DNA of 64,000 nucleotides from Minisyncoccota bacterium (GCA_965204115.1 OZ241963.1:233293-297292); one strand, 5' to 3'; positions 18,739-28,528 are shown, counted from the stretch's first letter. The notes: a model not told the origin generated them from the sequence alone. Numbers and translations are program-made.

Positions 18739-19089
18739 ATGGAGGGAACAGTAAAATCATTTGAGGAGTATCATACGAAGACCGACGCAACCGCTATCTA
18801 TGATCGCGGTGATGCAATCAGAGAATTGTCATACCTTTCTCTCGGCTTAAACGGCGAGGCAGGTGAAGTTGCTGACAAGGTGAAGAAAGTTATTCGCGAT
18901 GATGGCGGCAACCTCTCTTCCGAGCACAAAGATGCTCTGGCGAAAGAGCTCGGTGATGTGCTGTGGTACCTCACACAACTTTCCCGAGCAATCGGCACCT
19001 CGCTTGAAGCGGTGGCGACTATGAATATCAAAAAGCTTGCGGAACGCAAGAAGGGCAACACTTTGCGCGGCTCCGGGGATGATCGCTGA
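18739..19089 (+). CDS. MazG-like nucleotide pyrophosphohydrolase (small NTP-PPase)
   Basis: EAGEVAD....ELGDVLWYLTQLS matches the MazG/NTP-PPase EExGE...E..D signature. The track ORF starts at 18577 inside rsmI; the first sensible ATG (MEGTVKSF) is at 18739. Confidence 0.55.
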   Translation: MEGTVKSFEEYHTKTDATAIYDRGDAIRELSYLSLGLNGEAGEVADKVKKVIRDDGGNLSSEHKDALAKELGDVLWYLTQLSRAIGTSLEAVATMNIKKLAERKKGNTLRGSGDDR

Positions 19090-19129
19090 AAACCTGACCA
19101 TAGCCCTATAGCAGCGCTCACCTTAAGCG

Positions 19130-19324
19130 CTACTTGGTTTCCTTGTAGGTGGTATGTTTGCGGAGTTTTTGGTTATATTTATTCAGCACAAGCGGATCCG
19201 GGTTTTGCTTCCGGTTTTTACGGGTAACATAATGGATATCCCCGGTCTCCTCACATTTCATCCTTATTAGGTTATCTTGTGACATATGTGCTTTAGTATA
19301 CCACACTGTCGCATTATTTTTCAA
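19130..19324 (-). CDS. rpmG: 50S ribosomal protein L33 (zinc-ribbon-less C- form)
   Basis: HYVTRKNRKQNPDPLVLNKYNQKLRKHTTYKETK matches the bL33 C-terminal consensus. Only one Cys remains. The start is probably an internal Met. Confidence 0.65.
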   Translation of the reverse strand: MKNNATVWYTKAHMSQDNLIRMKCEETGDIHYVTRKNRKQNPDPLVLNKYNQKLRKHTTYKETK

Positions 19325-19347
19325 AAAAGTGGTATACTCACTTCATC

Positions 19348-19433
19348 GCGTCGGTGGCAGAGTGGTCAAATGCAGTGGGCTGTAAACCCGCCGCCTTCGG
19401 GCTTCGCAGGTTCGAATCCTGCCCGGCGCACCA
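19348..19433 (+). tRNA. tRNA-Tyr (anticodon GTA), long variable arm, CCA encoded
   Basis: Acceptor GCGTCGG/CCGGCGC, anticodon loop CTGTAAA, variable arm CGCCTTCGGGCTTC, T-arm GCAGG-TTCGAAT-CCTGC, ACCA end. Confidence 0.85.
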
Positions 19434-19505
19434 GGCAGTTCTGTGGTGTGTACCGAGGATTGTGTATTAGTAAAAATGTGAAGCAGATATGGTATACTTT
19501 TGTTA

Positions 19506-19676
19506 ATGAGTAAAAAGAGGAAAAAAAATAAGGGGTACACCTATGATACGCCCGTTAGCACTCTTGCAAAAGATCATGGTATCAATTTTGATGTTCCACC
19601 TGATACAAAACTTGGTGATTTTTTCAAAGGTACGGAACTTGACGGTCTCGCGCGGTTCTTAAAGTGGAAGATATGA
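19506..19676 (+). CDS. small ORF (56 aa, MSKKRKKNKGYTYDTPVSTLAKDHGINFDVPPDTKLGDFFKGTELDGLARFLKWKI), overlaps the downstream HEPN-like gene in an ATATGA junction
   Basis: Read directly from the sequence; below the 60-aa cutoff of the ORF track. AT-rich like its downstream partner. Protein-like composition. Confidence 0.3.
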   Translation: MSKKRKKNKGYTYDTPVSTLAKDHGINFDVPPDTKLGDFFKGTELDGLARFLKWKI

Positions 19677-20197
19677 AGAATTTTGACTTTGTCGACGATC
19701 CTCCGTTGCGGGAGAGAGTTGAAGGGGTGCGGAATGATGTTGCTACACTCGGAGTATTACTGAGGGAGCAAAACAAGCCAGAGGTAAAAAGTTGTCTTAG
19801 GAAAACGATGATTATTTACATTGCATCAATTATAGAAGCACTATTGCTTTGGAAATTGAAAAAAGAAATTGCATCAGACAAGGTGGTCTTGAGTAGTGAA
19901 TGGAAGTATCTTGATCTCAAGAAATTTTATAAAACTGACGAGTTTGAGCTGATTGCCGGTAAACGAAAACAAGAGGTTAAGAAAATTGATGATCTGGATT
20001 TTAACCGCGCGATAGATGTGTGTGAGAAGCATCGAGCCGTGAAGAGTACAAGACTTATTAAAGATTTGCACAAGGTAAGAAAGTTAAGAAATGAGCTGCA
20101 CATTGGTGGCATTGCAGCTATTAGAAAAACATACACGCGGAATGATTTAACATTTGTTTTTGACACCTTGGAAAAAACGATGTTGTCAATGAAATGA
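19673..20197 (+). CDS. HEPN-like (Abi/RiboL-PSP-like) protein, hypothetical
   Basis: C-terminal VRKLRNELHIGG fits the HEPN Rx4-6H / RNxxH motif seen in Abi-type HEPN proteins. GC is markedly lower than the flanks. The track ORF begins at a GTG at 19664; the first ATG is 19673. Confidence 0.4.
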   Translation: MKNFDFVDDPPLRERVEGVRNDVATLGVLLREQNKPEVKSCLRKTMIIYIASIIEALLLWKLKKEIASDKVVLSSEWKYLDLKKFYKTDEFELIAGKRKQEVKKIDDLDFNRAIDVCEKHRAVKSTRLIKDLHKVRKLRNELHIGGIAAIRKTYTRNDLTFVFDTLEKTMLSMK

Positions 20198-20219
20198 TTT
20201 TTATGCTGCGGGTCTGTTC

Positions 20220-22928
20220 CTACGCCAACATCTCTTCGCGTTTCTTTGTTTTTGCTTTCGCTTTTTTGGTGGCGGTGCGTTTTTTGGTGGTGTCAAATTT
20301 GTATTCGCCGTTCTCAATGCAGATGTTGACGCTTGAACCCTTGCCGAGGTTGCCCTCAATGATGGCGTTGGCGAGTGGGTTGAGGAGGTCGGTTTGGACT
20401 TTTCTGCGGAGCGGGCGGGCACCGTATTCGGCGTGATAGCCCTCCTTGCCGATTTTTTCGTAGACCGCGCGGTCAACGGTGATGGTAATTTCTCGTTCGG
20501 CGAGGCGCTGTATTGCCTCGTCTACTACCAACGTTACCACTTTTCTGATACTCGTCTTATCAAGCGGCTTGAAGACGATTATTTCATCCAATCGGTTTAA
20601 AAATTCCGGCCTGAATGATTTTTGCAAAGTTTCCATCACTCTATTTCGAACCTCGTCATACTGTCTTGATCGCTCTTCGGATTTTTTCACCGCCTCTTCA
20701 AACCCAATTTGGTTCATATTGATCAGTTTCTCAGAGCCGACATTAGAGGTGAGAATGACCACCGTGTTTTTAAAGTTTACCACCCGCCCCTTACTGTCGG
20801 TGAGGCGGCCGTCATCCAGCACCTGCAGCAGCACATTGAACACATCAGGGTGCGCTTTCTCCACTTCGTCAAACAATACGATGGAGTACGGTCGGTGGCG
20901 AACTGCCTCGGTCAATTTCCCCGCTTCTTCATAGCCGACATAGCCGGGAGGCGCGCCGAGTATTTTAGACACCGTGTGTCGCTCCATATATTCAGACATA
21001 TCAAGTCGTATTAATGCCCTTTCGTCATCAAATAGATACTGCGCGAGTTGCTTTGTCAGCTCGGTTTTTCCGACCCCGGTCGGACCGAGAAACAGGAATG
21101 AGCCGACCGGTCGGTTTGGGTTTGCTATGCCGGCGCGTGACCGCTTAATTGCCGCGGCGATTTTTTCTATAGATTCATCCTGTCCGATAATACGCTTTTT
21201 TAATTCTGCTTCCATTCTGGTCAATTTTTTCGCCTCGCTCTCAAGCATTTTTGTCGCCGGAACGCCTGTCCACCGCGCGATCACATGCGCGATGTCTTCT
21301 TCGGTCACCTCTTCCCGCAGTATCTTTCTGTTCTTTTGTAATCGCTTCAGTCGTGCTTGTGCCCGCTTAAACTTGCTCTCAATCTGCGGAATGTCCTTGT
21401 ACCGAATTTCTGCTGCCTGGGTAAAGTCGGCCTTACTCTCTGCCTCTTCGCCGGCATAGCGTTTCTGCTCAAGGTCGGACTGCATCTCCTTAATCTGCTC
21501 GATGGTTTCTTTCTCATTCTTCCAACGCACTTCCAACTCCCTGCTTTCCTCCTTTACATCGGCGATTTCTTTTTCCAGCTGCTTCATTCGCTCTTTGGAA
21601 CCTTCATCCTTTGTTGCTTCGTGGTCTTTTTTCACCGCCTCCATCTCAATCTCCAGCTGCATAATTTTGCGATGCGCCGAATCCAGTTCAGGCGGCTTGT
21701 TCTCAAGCGACACCCGTATCAGGGAAGCCGCTTCGTCCACCAAGTCAATCGCCTTGTCCGGCAAAAATCGTTCAGTGATATATCGACTGCTTAGCTGCGC
21801 TGCCGCCACGATTGCCGCGTCAGTAATGCGTACCCCGTGGTACACCTCGTACCGTTCCCGCAAACCGCGCAGAATAGAAATTGCGTCTTCAACGGACGGT
21901 TCAGATACATACACCGGTTGAAACCGTCGTGTCAGTGCACCGTCTTTTTCAATGTGCCGCTGATACTCTTTTAAGGTGGTTGCGCCGACCATGCGCATTT
22001 GCCCCCGAGCAAGTGCCGGCTTTAGGATATTCGCGGCGTCCATCGTCCCTTCAGCATTTCCGGTGCCGACCAGTGAGTGTATTTCATCCACGAACAGAAT
22101 ATATTTATCCCCTGCGTCTTCCACTTCTTTCATCACTTTTTTCAGACGATCTTCAAACTCTCCCCGAAACTTTGTCCCGGCGAGCATAGACACCACATCC
22201 AAACTGTACAGCTCCTTTGAGCGCATAGATTCCGGCACATCACCGGAGACAATTCGCTGTGCTAACCCCTCACCGATCGCGGTTTTACCGGTTCCCGCCT
22301 CACCGATGAGAATCGGGTTGTTTTTTGTCCTGCGCGATAGTATCTGGATAACCCGCGCGGTTTCCTCATCCCGCCCGATAACCGGGTCCAGTTTATTTTC
22401 CCGCGCCATCTGTGTGAGGTTGCGTCCGTATTTTTCTAAACTTTTTGCTTTTGGGTTCTGCACCTCCTCCTTGCTTTCCTTTCGCAGCTGTACGATTGTT
22501 TCGTGGACTTCTTTGGCGTGCAGTCCGTACCCTTCCAGCAAATTGCGCAGGATACCCGGCTTTTCAAGCACTGCTAAAAATAGGTGTTCAGTTGAGATGT
22601 GCTTTTCTTTCATTGCGCTCGCAATTTTACCTGAATGCTCAAGCACGATGGCAAGCTCCGGTGTCGGGTAGAGCTGCACAATCGGTGACCCCTCTATATC
22701 AAATGATGAAGCGCGGGATTCTAACAGCCCAATCGCCTGGTTGTATAGCGCGTAGGGGTCAATGTTTAATTTTTGCAGCACCGGCTGCACAATACCGTCT
22801 TCCTGCCCGACCAATGCGGTGAATAAATGTACCGGGCTGATATTTTGATGTCCGTTATCAACGGCAAGTTCCTGCGCCATCCGAAAGGCCTCTTTCGCTT
22901 TCGCGGTAAATTGCTGGAACGATGACAT
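20220..22928 (-). CDS. clpB: ATP-dependent chaperone ClpB
   Basis: Clp N-domain, two AAA modules ([15 protein letters not shown]; [15 protein letters not shown]), long coiled-coil M-domain between NBD1 and NBD2, and a Lys-rich C-terminal tail. The start is probably MSSFQQF at 22928 rather than 22946. Confidence 0.85.
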   Translation of the reverse strand: MSSFQQFTAKAKEAFRMAQELAVDNGHQNISPVHLFTALVGQEDGIVQPVLQKLNIDPYALYNQAIGLLESRASSFDIEGSPIVQLYPTPELAIVLEHSGKIASAMKEKHISTEHLFLAVLEKPGILRNLLEGYGLHAKEVHETIVQLRKESKEEVQNPKAKSLEKYGRNLTQMARENKLDPVIGRDEETARVIQILSRRTKNNPILIGEAGTGKTAIGEGLAQRIVSGDVPESMRSKELYSLDVVSMLAGTKFRGEFEDRLKKVMKEVEDAGDKYILFVDEIHSLVGTGNAEGTMDAANILKPALARGQMRMVGATTLKEYQRHIEKDGALTRRFQPVYVSEPSVEDAISILRGLRERYEVYHGVRITDAAIVAAAQLSSRYITERFLPDKAIDLVDEAASLIRVSLENKPPELDSAHRKIMQLEIEMEAVKKDHEATKDEGSKERMKQLEKEIADVKEESRELEVRWKNEKETIEQIKEMQSDLEQKRYAGEEAESKADFTQAAEIRYKDIPQIESKFKRAQARLKRLQKNRKILREEVTEEDIAHVIARWTGVPATKMLESEAKKLTRMEAELKKRIIGQDESIEKIAAAIKRSRAGIANPNRPVGSFLFLGPTGVGKTELTKQLAQYLFDDERALIRLDMSEYMERHTVSKILGAPPGYVGYEEAGKLTEAVRHRPYSIVLFDEVEKAHPDVFNVLLQVLDDGRLTDSKGRVVNFKNTVVILTSNVGSEKLINMNQIGFEEAVKKSEERSRQYDEVRNRVMETLQKSFRPEFLNRLDEIIVFKPLDKTSIRKVVTLVVDEAIQRLAEREITITVDRAVYEKIGKEGYHAEYGARPLRRKVQTDLLNPLANAIIEGNLGKGSSVNICIENGEYKFDTTKKRTATKKAKAKTKKREEMLA

Positions 22929-22985
22929 ATATGGATATGGTAGCACACCCTTTCGGCGGTTTCAACCACTTTACACTCCCCTGAT

Positions 22986-23876
22986 TTATGGCGCTATCGG
23001 AGGTGTTGCCACAGGGATAGCTTCCGTTGCTGTTTCGATATTTGTTTTCGTCTCTTTGCCCTGTATTGCCTGTATCGCCTCGGTAATGAAAACACTACCG
23101 GGCAGCCGTACCCAATCCGAATACGGTCGCGCAAATCCGACAAAAGTATTTTCAACGAACACAACTGATATATCGGTAATGTCTGATGCGTTGACTGAAA
23201 TGCGGAACGACTCAACCTCACCTGCTGCTGTTTCCCGCTGCGAGATAACGCCCGTGTGCAGTCGCGCATTGTTCCCTGATCCACTGAATACCACCACCGC
23301 CTGTCCGAGCAGCACTTCCGCACTGCGCTCCAACGGCACATAGTGCTGCACGGTATGCGCTTCGGCTTCCACCGGTGCCAGCAGTGAATACTCTTTCCCG
23401 CTGTGCAGTGTTGAGAAGAACATCGGATTCCCCGTCTCATCAAGCACGCTGTATCGTCGCTGCGCATCCAGCACCTCTGCCGCGAGGATATGTCCGTCCG
23501 CTGAGACATACATGCCCTCGGCAAATGGCTGCGAGCCAAAGTAGAGCTGCACCAATGACTGCTCAATCATTTCTAAGGTAAGCGCAGTATCCACTGCGCT
23601 TGACACTTCCCGCACACTTGTGATAATGGACTCTGGCGATGAGAATGTCGGCTCCCGCTCAATAATTCGGTTGATGGTCTGCCGAATCACCGTCGGCTGC
23701 GCCTCCGCTTCGCCACCCACCTCCAGTGCCAGCCGCTCATACACCACCGACAGTGTCGCCACTGCCGTCGCCGCAGACACCACCAGCGAAATCAATAGCA
23801 CCAACAGTACCAATTGCGAATTACTTATCTTGTCTACATGGATGTCGCTCATATAGTGGTAGTATATCGTATACAT
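22986..23876 (-). CDS. membrane-anchored hypothetical protein (N-terminal TM, extracytoplasmic domain)
   Basis: The single N-terminal helix LVLLVLLISLVVSAATAVATLSVV is the only recognisable feature. Confidence 0.4.
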   Translation of the reverse strand: MYTIYYHYMSDIHVDKISNSQLVLLVLLISLVVSAATAVATLSVVYERLALEVGGEAEAQPTVIRQTINRIIEREPTFSSPESIITSVREVSSAVDTALTLEMIEQSLVQLYFGSQPFAEGMYVSADGHILAAEVLDAQRRYSVLDETGNPMFFSTLHSGKEYSLLAPVEAEAHTVQHYVPLERSAEVLLGQAVVVFSGSGNNARLHTGVISQRETAAGEVESFRISVNASDITDISVVFVENTFVGFARPYSDWVRLPGSVFITEAIQAIQGKETKTNIETATEAIPVATPPIAP

Positions 23877-23968
23877 ATGGCAAGGTAGTTCCTTGTTTGT
23901 TTATAAAAAGTAGCGGGGCAGGTGCTTCGCACCTGCCCGCCAAGAATGTCCATTATTGTTTTACCTCA

Positions 23969-25150
23969 TCAACTATCCATCTTCCACCCATATGTCTTAT
24001 AGTAGGCGCGCATTCTCGCCTGCGCCCAGACGAAGTATGAGTAGAAGCGCTTGGTGTACCCTTTCCCTAGACCACTAAAGGCGTTTTTGGGTCCGGCGAA
24101 GTATGCACCGGTCGCATACTTCGGTCGGTTGACTATGCCGCTCTCTTTCATTATGAGAGCACCGGCTGTCAAGGACACAACCGGATCCCAAGGGTTGTGA
24201 GGTCCGGGTACTCCGAGGGTCTTTGCGATTTGATCTCTTCCTGGATGGTAGGTCAGTTTATATCCCCCTTGAACCGTAAAGAGGGTCTTCACAAACCCTG
24301 CGTCCCTAATGCGGCTTGCCAGGTCTTTTGGCATGTGTTTCCTTTTTATCGTCTTTCGAAAGTACTTCACCAGCCACCTGTTGGTGTTCGGACCAGGCAT
24401 CCCATCAACCGCCACCACCTTGCGCTTGAAGTATCGATTCAGTTTCCTCTGAATATAAACCAAATCTTTACCTTTCGCGTCATAGGACTTATGGCAGTTG
24501 GAAAATATCTTCTTGAACTTAAGTTCCCAACCACCCAGCCGAATATGGTTCGACGGAAGCACTTGTGCGCCACCAGAAGCGGACCCGTACCCACTTCCGG
24601 CGCTTTTTGAGGACTTTACTTCAGATGCGTTGTGCCCGAAGTGGTCTGCTAACGCATACGATGCGACACCGTCTCTATTGACGTGCGCATCCGCCAGTCC
24701 TTTTCCGGGTCTCCCGATATTCCTGAACATCTTACTCTCTTCTGAGAGCAGGCACATCAAGTATTCGGAAGGCACTCCGGTCTTACTGGCGACGAAGGCC
24801 ACCAAGTCCTCAATGGCGTACCAATCCATCTCCAGAATGTTCTTCACATTTCGGTACTGAATTGGCAGCACCTTGAAGATGTCACCCTCGCCCCACTTCT
24901 TGGGGTATGGCGTCGGCAGCAGGCCACCCTTCTTTCCCTTTTTCCCATTTACCGTTATGGTAGGTAGAGTGAAGGAGTGGGTGACCCGCTTGGTGGTCAC
25001 AGCCTGGTACCTCCTCTCCACATTAACAACCCTATACTTCGGCTGCCGTGTGAAGATTTCTTCCAAGAGGCCTGGGTTGGTTCCTTGGGTCAAGAGCCCT
25101 ATCCCAACCAGCATCATACATAGGGTGAAAAAAAATTTCAAAATTTTCAT
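23969..25150 (-). CDS. secreted protein with a putative peptidoglycan-binding (PG_binding_1-like) segment, possible cell-wall hydrolase
   Basis: Signal peptide MKILKFFFTLCMMLVGIGLL. KRKVVAVDGMPGPNTNRWLVKYF resembles the PG_binding_1 consensus. No catalytic motif could be confirmed. Confidence 0.4.
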   Translation of the reverse strand: MKILKFFFTLCMMLVGIGLLTQGTNPGLLEEIFTRQPKYRVVNVERRYQAVTTKRVTHSFTLPTITVNGKKGKKGGLLPTPYPKKWGEGDIFKVLPIQYRNVKNILEMDWYAIEDLVAFVASKTGVPSEYLMCLLSEESKMFRNIGRPGKGLADAHVNRDGVASYALADHFGHNASEVKSSKSAGSGYGSASGGAQVLPSNHIRLGGWELKFKKIFSNCHKSYDAKGKDLVYIQRKLNRYFKRKVVAVDGMPGPNTNRWLVKYFRKTIKRKHMPKDLASRIRDAGFVKTLFTVQGGYKLTYHPGRDQIAKTLGVPGPHNPWDPVVSLTAGALIMKESGIVNRPKYATGAYFAGPKNAFSGLGKGYTKRFYSYFVWAQARMRAYYKTYGWKMDS

Positions 25151-25367
25151 GGGGCAGAGCCCTCCTTTCCCCTTTCGAGGTTAGATTTTTTTAAGAATTA
25201 CGAAAAAATACAAGTATATTATAGCGAAAATTTGCTTAAATGTCAACCTTATTGCTCAAAAAACTCTTGTAAAATAAGGGTTTATTCTGGTGAGATCCTT
25301 ATATTCACCAAAATACCCCAAAAATCCCCCTATTTCGCTATATGTTGGTATACTGGTTATATTGCCT

Positions 25368-26861
25368 ATGACACAAACCAGGCCCCCAATTATTGCCGTA
25401 GTGGGTCATATAGACCACGGTAAATCAACCCTCCAACACGCCCTTCGCAAGGCGGATAGTGAGTTGTCTGAAGCAGGTGATATCACCCAGCATATCGGGG
25501 CGTATGAGCTCCACGCCCAGTACGAGGGAGCGGAGCGCAGAGCGACTATTATAGACACCCCCGGACACGAGGCGTTTTCCATGGTGCGGGAGCACGGACT
25601 TGATCTTGCCGATATTGCCCTCCTCGTCGTCTCCGCGGAAGAGGGCTGGAAAGAGCAGACCGCAGAGGCGTATAAAACGATACAGGAGAAGCAGCTGCCA
25701 CATATCATCGTCTTCACCATGCTTGATAAACCACAGGCGAATATAGAGCGGGCAAAACAAACCGTTATGCAGGAAGGAATACTCCTTGAGGGACTCGGCG
25801 GCTCGGTGCCGTGGATTGGTGTCTCATCAGTCACCGGCGAAGGCATCAGTGATTTGATAGAACTCATATTCCTCACGACTGATGTGTATGAAATCATAGA
25901 AGACCGCAAAGACGGCTCGGTCGGCATTCTTGTGGAGGCAGTGGTTGACCCGAAAATCGGCATTACCGGTGCGGTCATTGTGCTGCAAGGCGTGCTGGAG
26001 CAGAGCAAGTATGTTCGTGTCGGCGACACTATCGCCCCGCTGCGCATTATGAAAGACGACCGAGGTAAAACTGTTTCAGAGGCACGACCATCTATGCCGG
26101 TGCAGGTTGCCGGATTCAGTGCTATCCCACCGGTCGGCAGCCCGGTGTTCCTGCATGACACAAAAAAAGAGGCAGCGGAAGCAGCGATAGAGCAGCGGTC
26201 GCTCGGCAGCCAAAATCAAAACAGAGTGGCAGACAGCGCAGAAAAAATTGTCATCCCCCTTGTCCTGCGCTCAGACACTGCGTCCGGGCTCTCTTCCATA
26301 CAGCAGGCGATTGATGCCGTCACCTCTGACGGCGTGCAGTTCACCGTCATCAAAAGCAGTGTCGGCGACATCACCGAAGAAGATGTTCGTCTTGCCCTTG
26401 CCCAAAACGGCGGGCAGGTACTCGGCTTTCACACCAATGCCGATCAGCGGGCAAAGCAGCTCGCTGAACGCAGCGCTATCAGTTTGCATCTCTTCCCCAC
26501 CATCTACGAGGTGACCAAATGGGCAACCGCGCTCTCCACGCAGCAGCGAGAAGCACATGAGATGCAAAACCCAACCGGCACCGCAGAAATTATCCGTATT
26601 TTTGAAGAGCAGCCCACACAGCATATCCGCATTGTCGGTGCGCAGATACAGGATGGCTCTTTTGCCGTGGAACAGATTATTGCCATTATCAGAAACAAAC
26701 AAACCGTCGGGCGGTTTGCCATTGAATCCATTGAACAGCGAAACAGTACCCAGGAAACCGCGTCTGGTGAAAAAACACAGTTCGCGATGCGTGTTCGTGG
26801 TGATGGTGAGATAAAGACCGGTGACACTGCGCTTGCGCTGCCAAAAACACCAACGCTATAA
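25368..26861 (+). CDS. infB: translation initiation factor IF-2 (short form lacking the long N-terminal region)
   Basis: G-domain AVVGHIDHGKSTL, DTPGHEAF, and the beta-barrel and C-terminal domains are present. The track ORF starts 26 codons earlier; ATG at 25368 (MTQTRPPIIAVVGH) is the likely start. Confidence 0.85.
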   Translation: MTQTRPPIIAVVGHIDHGKSTLQHALRKADSELSEAGDITQHIGAYELHAQYEGAERRATIIDTPGHEAFSMVREHGLDLADIALLVVSAEEGWKEQTAEAYKTIQEKQLPHIIVFTMLDKPQANIERAKQTVMQEGILLEGLGGSVPWIGVSSVTGEGISDLIELIFLTTDVYEIIEDRKDGSVGILVEAVVDPKIGITGAVIVLQGVLEQSKYVRVGDTIAPLRIMKDDRGKTVSEARPSMPVQVAGFSAIPPVGSPVFLHDTKKEAAEAAIEQRSLGSQNQNRVADSAEKIVIPLVLRSDTASGLSSIQQAIDAVTSDGVQFTVIKSSVGDITEEDVRLALAQNGGQVLGFHTNADQRAKQLAERSAISLHLFPTIYEVTKWATALSTQQREAHEMQNPTGTAEIIRIFEEQPTQHIRIVGAQIQDGSFAVEQIIAIIRNKQTVGRFAIESIEQRNSTQETASGEKTQFAMRVRGDGEIKTGDTALALPKTPTL

Positions 26862-26867
26862 CCGCTT

Positions 26868-27164
26868 ATGCAAAAGAACCCATTTCGCACCGGTAGAGCA
26901 CACACCATACTGCATCAGGCAATTGCCCAGTTCCTCAAAGAAAACGCCAATACTGAGCCGTTCATCACCATATCTTATATTGATCTTAATAAAGCAGGGA
27001 CTACCGTCACGGCCTGTTGTTCTGTCTTCCCGAAAGAGCAGCAGGAACAGGCACTTACTTTCCTCAAACGCAAAGAATCCCACTGCCGCGTGTACCTCAA
27101 AAAACACACCGCGCTTCGCGTAGTCCCCACCGTCCGCTTCACTCTCGCGAAAGAAGTTTATTGA
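26868..27164 (+). CDS. rbfA: ribosome-binding factor A
   Basis: KH-like RbfA pattern (R..R....I...FITISYIDLNKAGTTVTACCSV), immediately downstream of infB as in the canonical operon. Confidence 0.7.
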   Translation: MQKNPFRTGRAHTILHQAIAQFLKENANTEPFITISYIDLNKAGTTVTACCSVFPKEQQEQALTFLKRKESHCRVYLKKHTALRVVPTVRFTLAKEVY

Positions 27165-27225
27165 CATATACTACCGAATATGGCATACTCTGCTTGCGCT
27201 GGAGAAGCGCGAAGGAGGGATACAT

Positions 27226-27343
27226 TTTGGAAACGCTGATTCTGTCAATGTGTGCCTTTTTGATGGTCGTCGCAGGTGTCGCCACGCCAAGGTTGGTGGC
27301 TTGGCTGGTGAATAGGCCGATCACTGACATTAGCAAACAGTAA
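27226..27343 (+). CDS. small hydrophobic peptide (39 aa, TTG start) with a strong RBS
   Basis: GGAGG at 27214-27218, 7 nt before the TTG. Product LETLILSMCAFLMVVAGVATPRLVAWLVNRPITDISKQ contains one TM helix. Confidence 0.25.
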
Positions 27344-27453
27344 ATCCCCAAGCATTATAATCCGCATGCCTCACAACGGCGTGCGGATTTTCTTTTCCTT
27401 GATTCGCACTGTCTTACCCTTTCTGTTTTGTGTGGCAGAATATCAATAACCCA

Positions 27454-27525
27454 GGCGTGGTAGCCAAGTGGTAAGGCAGGGGTTTGCAAAACCTCTATAC
27501 GCGGGTTCGATTCCCGCCCACGCCT
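27454..27525 (+). tRNA. tRNA-Cys (anticodon GCA)
   Basis: Acceptor GGCGTGG/CCACGCC, D-arm GCC-AAGTGGTAA-GGC, anticodon loop TTGCAAA, T-arm GCGGG-TTCGATT-CCCGC. Confidence 0.8.
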
Positions 27526-27592
27526 CTTTATAATAGCGATATCTGCTATACTGGTGTAGGATTAATCTCTCTAGAAAAGGAGGAATATTCTG

Positions 27593-27901
27593 ATGAAGCG
27601 TTTGATTTCATTTTTTGCTGTGACCGCACTCCTCATCACGATAGGGTGTGCCGGTACTTCTTCACTCTGGTCAACAGCGCAGATGCATGGGCAGAACCGT
27701 GTTTTCTCCGTTAATATCGGCGGAAAAATGCAGCGGGCTGTCTGGACCTCTGCTGTGGGTCATCCGGAGCAGGTTGCGCGGCACCGTGCGCATCAGCAAG
27801 GGCTTCGCCTGCTGGGCAGCAATGCGTATGATGTGGATGTCAAAGTCACCCACAGGAGTGACGGACAATGCCGTGTTGATATGCTAATGACCGTGCCGTA
27901 A
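27593..27901 (+). CDS. lipoprotein, hypothetical (102 aa)
   Basis: Signal peptide with lipobox LITIGC; followed by a hairpin terminator. Confidence 0.45.
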   Translation: MKRLISFFAVTALLITIGCAGTSSLWSTAQMHGQNRVFSVNIGGKMQRAVWTSAVGHPEQVARHRAHQQGLRLLGSNAYDVDVKVTHRSDGQCRVDMLMTVP

Positions 27902-27923
27902 AATTTCTTATTGAATGAGTTAA

Positions 27924-27955
27924 GCGAGGTGTGTAACAGCACCTCGCTTTTTTTG
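27924..27955 (+). terminator. rho-independent terminator
   Basis: GCGAGGTG-TGTAACAG-CACCTCGC hairpin followed by TTTTTTTG. Confidence 0.45.
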
Positions 27956-27964
27956 TGCTTTATG

Positions 27965-28047
27965 TGCCGGAGGTGGGACTTGAACCCACATATCTTGCGA
28001 TACACGATTTTAAGTCGTGCGCGTATACCAAATTCCGCCACTCCGGC
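27965..28047 (-). tRNA. tRNA-Leu (anticodon TAA), long variable arm
   Basis: The reverse complement folds with acceptor GCCGGAG/CTCCGGC, anticodon loop CTTAAAA, variable arm TATCGCAAGATATGT and T-arm GTGGG-TTCAAGT-CCCAC. Confidence 0.8.
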
Positions 28048-28118
28048 TCTTGCTCAGTATAGCAAATGTACAGAGATTTTAAACAGTTTTTACGGTATAC
28101 TGGAGGTGCCTGCTCACT

Positions 28119-28191
28119 CCGCCCATAGCTCAGTTGGTAGAGCAACCGGCTCTTAACCGGTAGGTCCTAGGTTCGAGCCCTAGTGGGCGGA
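28119..28191 (+). tRNA. tRNA-Lys (anticodon CTT)
   Basis: Acceptor CCGCCCA/TGGGCGG, D-arm GCTC-AGTTGGTA-GAGC, anticodon stem ACCGG/CCGGT with loop CTCTTAA, T-arm CTAGG-TTCGAGC-CCTAG. Confidence 0.8.
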
Positions 28192-28195
28192 CATC

Positions 28196-28279
28196 GCCGA
28201 GGTGGCGGAATTGGTAGACGCACTGGTCTTAGGAACCAGCGGGGTAAAACCCATGGAGGTTCAAGTCCTCTCCTCGGCA
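28196..28279 (+). tRNA. tRNA-Leu (anticodon TAG), long variable arm
   Basis: Acceptor GCCGAGG/CCTCGGC, anticodon stem CTGGT/ACCAG with loop CTTAGGA, variable arm CGGGGTAAAACCCATGG, T-arm with TTCAAGT loop. Confidence 0.8.
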
Positions 28280-28315
28280 CAAACAATTCCGCCACCTCGG
28301 TGGCGACTAGTTAGT

Positions 28316-28409
28316 CAGCACCAATCGGAGATTGGCGGCACGGGTAGACGCACTGGTCTTAGGAACCAGCGGGGTAAAACCCATGGAGGTTCAAGTCCTC
28401 TCCTCGGCA
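28316..28409 (+). pseudogene. partial duplicate of tRNA-Leu(TAG): 67 nt identical from D-loop to 3' end, with a non-pairing 5' acceptor
   Basis: GGTAGACGCACTGGTCTTAGGAACCAGCGGGGTAAAACCCATGGAGGTTCAAGTCCTCTCCTCGGCA is repeated exactly. The upstream TCGGAGA cannot pair with CCTCGGC (3 mismatches). An inverted copy of the tRNA 5' end (CAATTCCGCCACCTCGG, 28284-28300) lies between the two copies. Confidence 0.45.
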
Positions 28410-28528
28410 CCTTGCGTTTCGCTATGTGTTGTGTTTGATGTCTTGTATTAAAAACAAAATTGGGTTCCGTTTCCTGCTATACCGTATATGGTAAAGAGAA
28501 AACGAAACCCAATTGTAATGATCAAGTG

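Noticed and set aside
19543-19676. Alternative 39-aa frame (MIRPLALLQKIM...) upstream of the HEPN-like gene
   Set aside because: The overlapping frame (19506-19676, 56 aa) gives a more protein-like product and a stop/start overlap with the downstream gene; the 39-aa frame is discarded as less plausible.
20479-22822. Plus-strand ORFs (up to 231 aa) antisense to clpB
   Set aside because: Antisense shadows of a confidently identified clpB; low-complexity Ser/Arg-rich products.
23969-25150. Lytic transglycosylase (SLT) catalytic domain in the secreted 393-aa protein
   Set aside because: Only a weak EES-containing segment. No convincing SLT ES...AGAxGLMQ motif. Retained only the peptidoglycan-binding-like segment as tentative.
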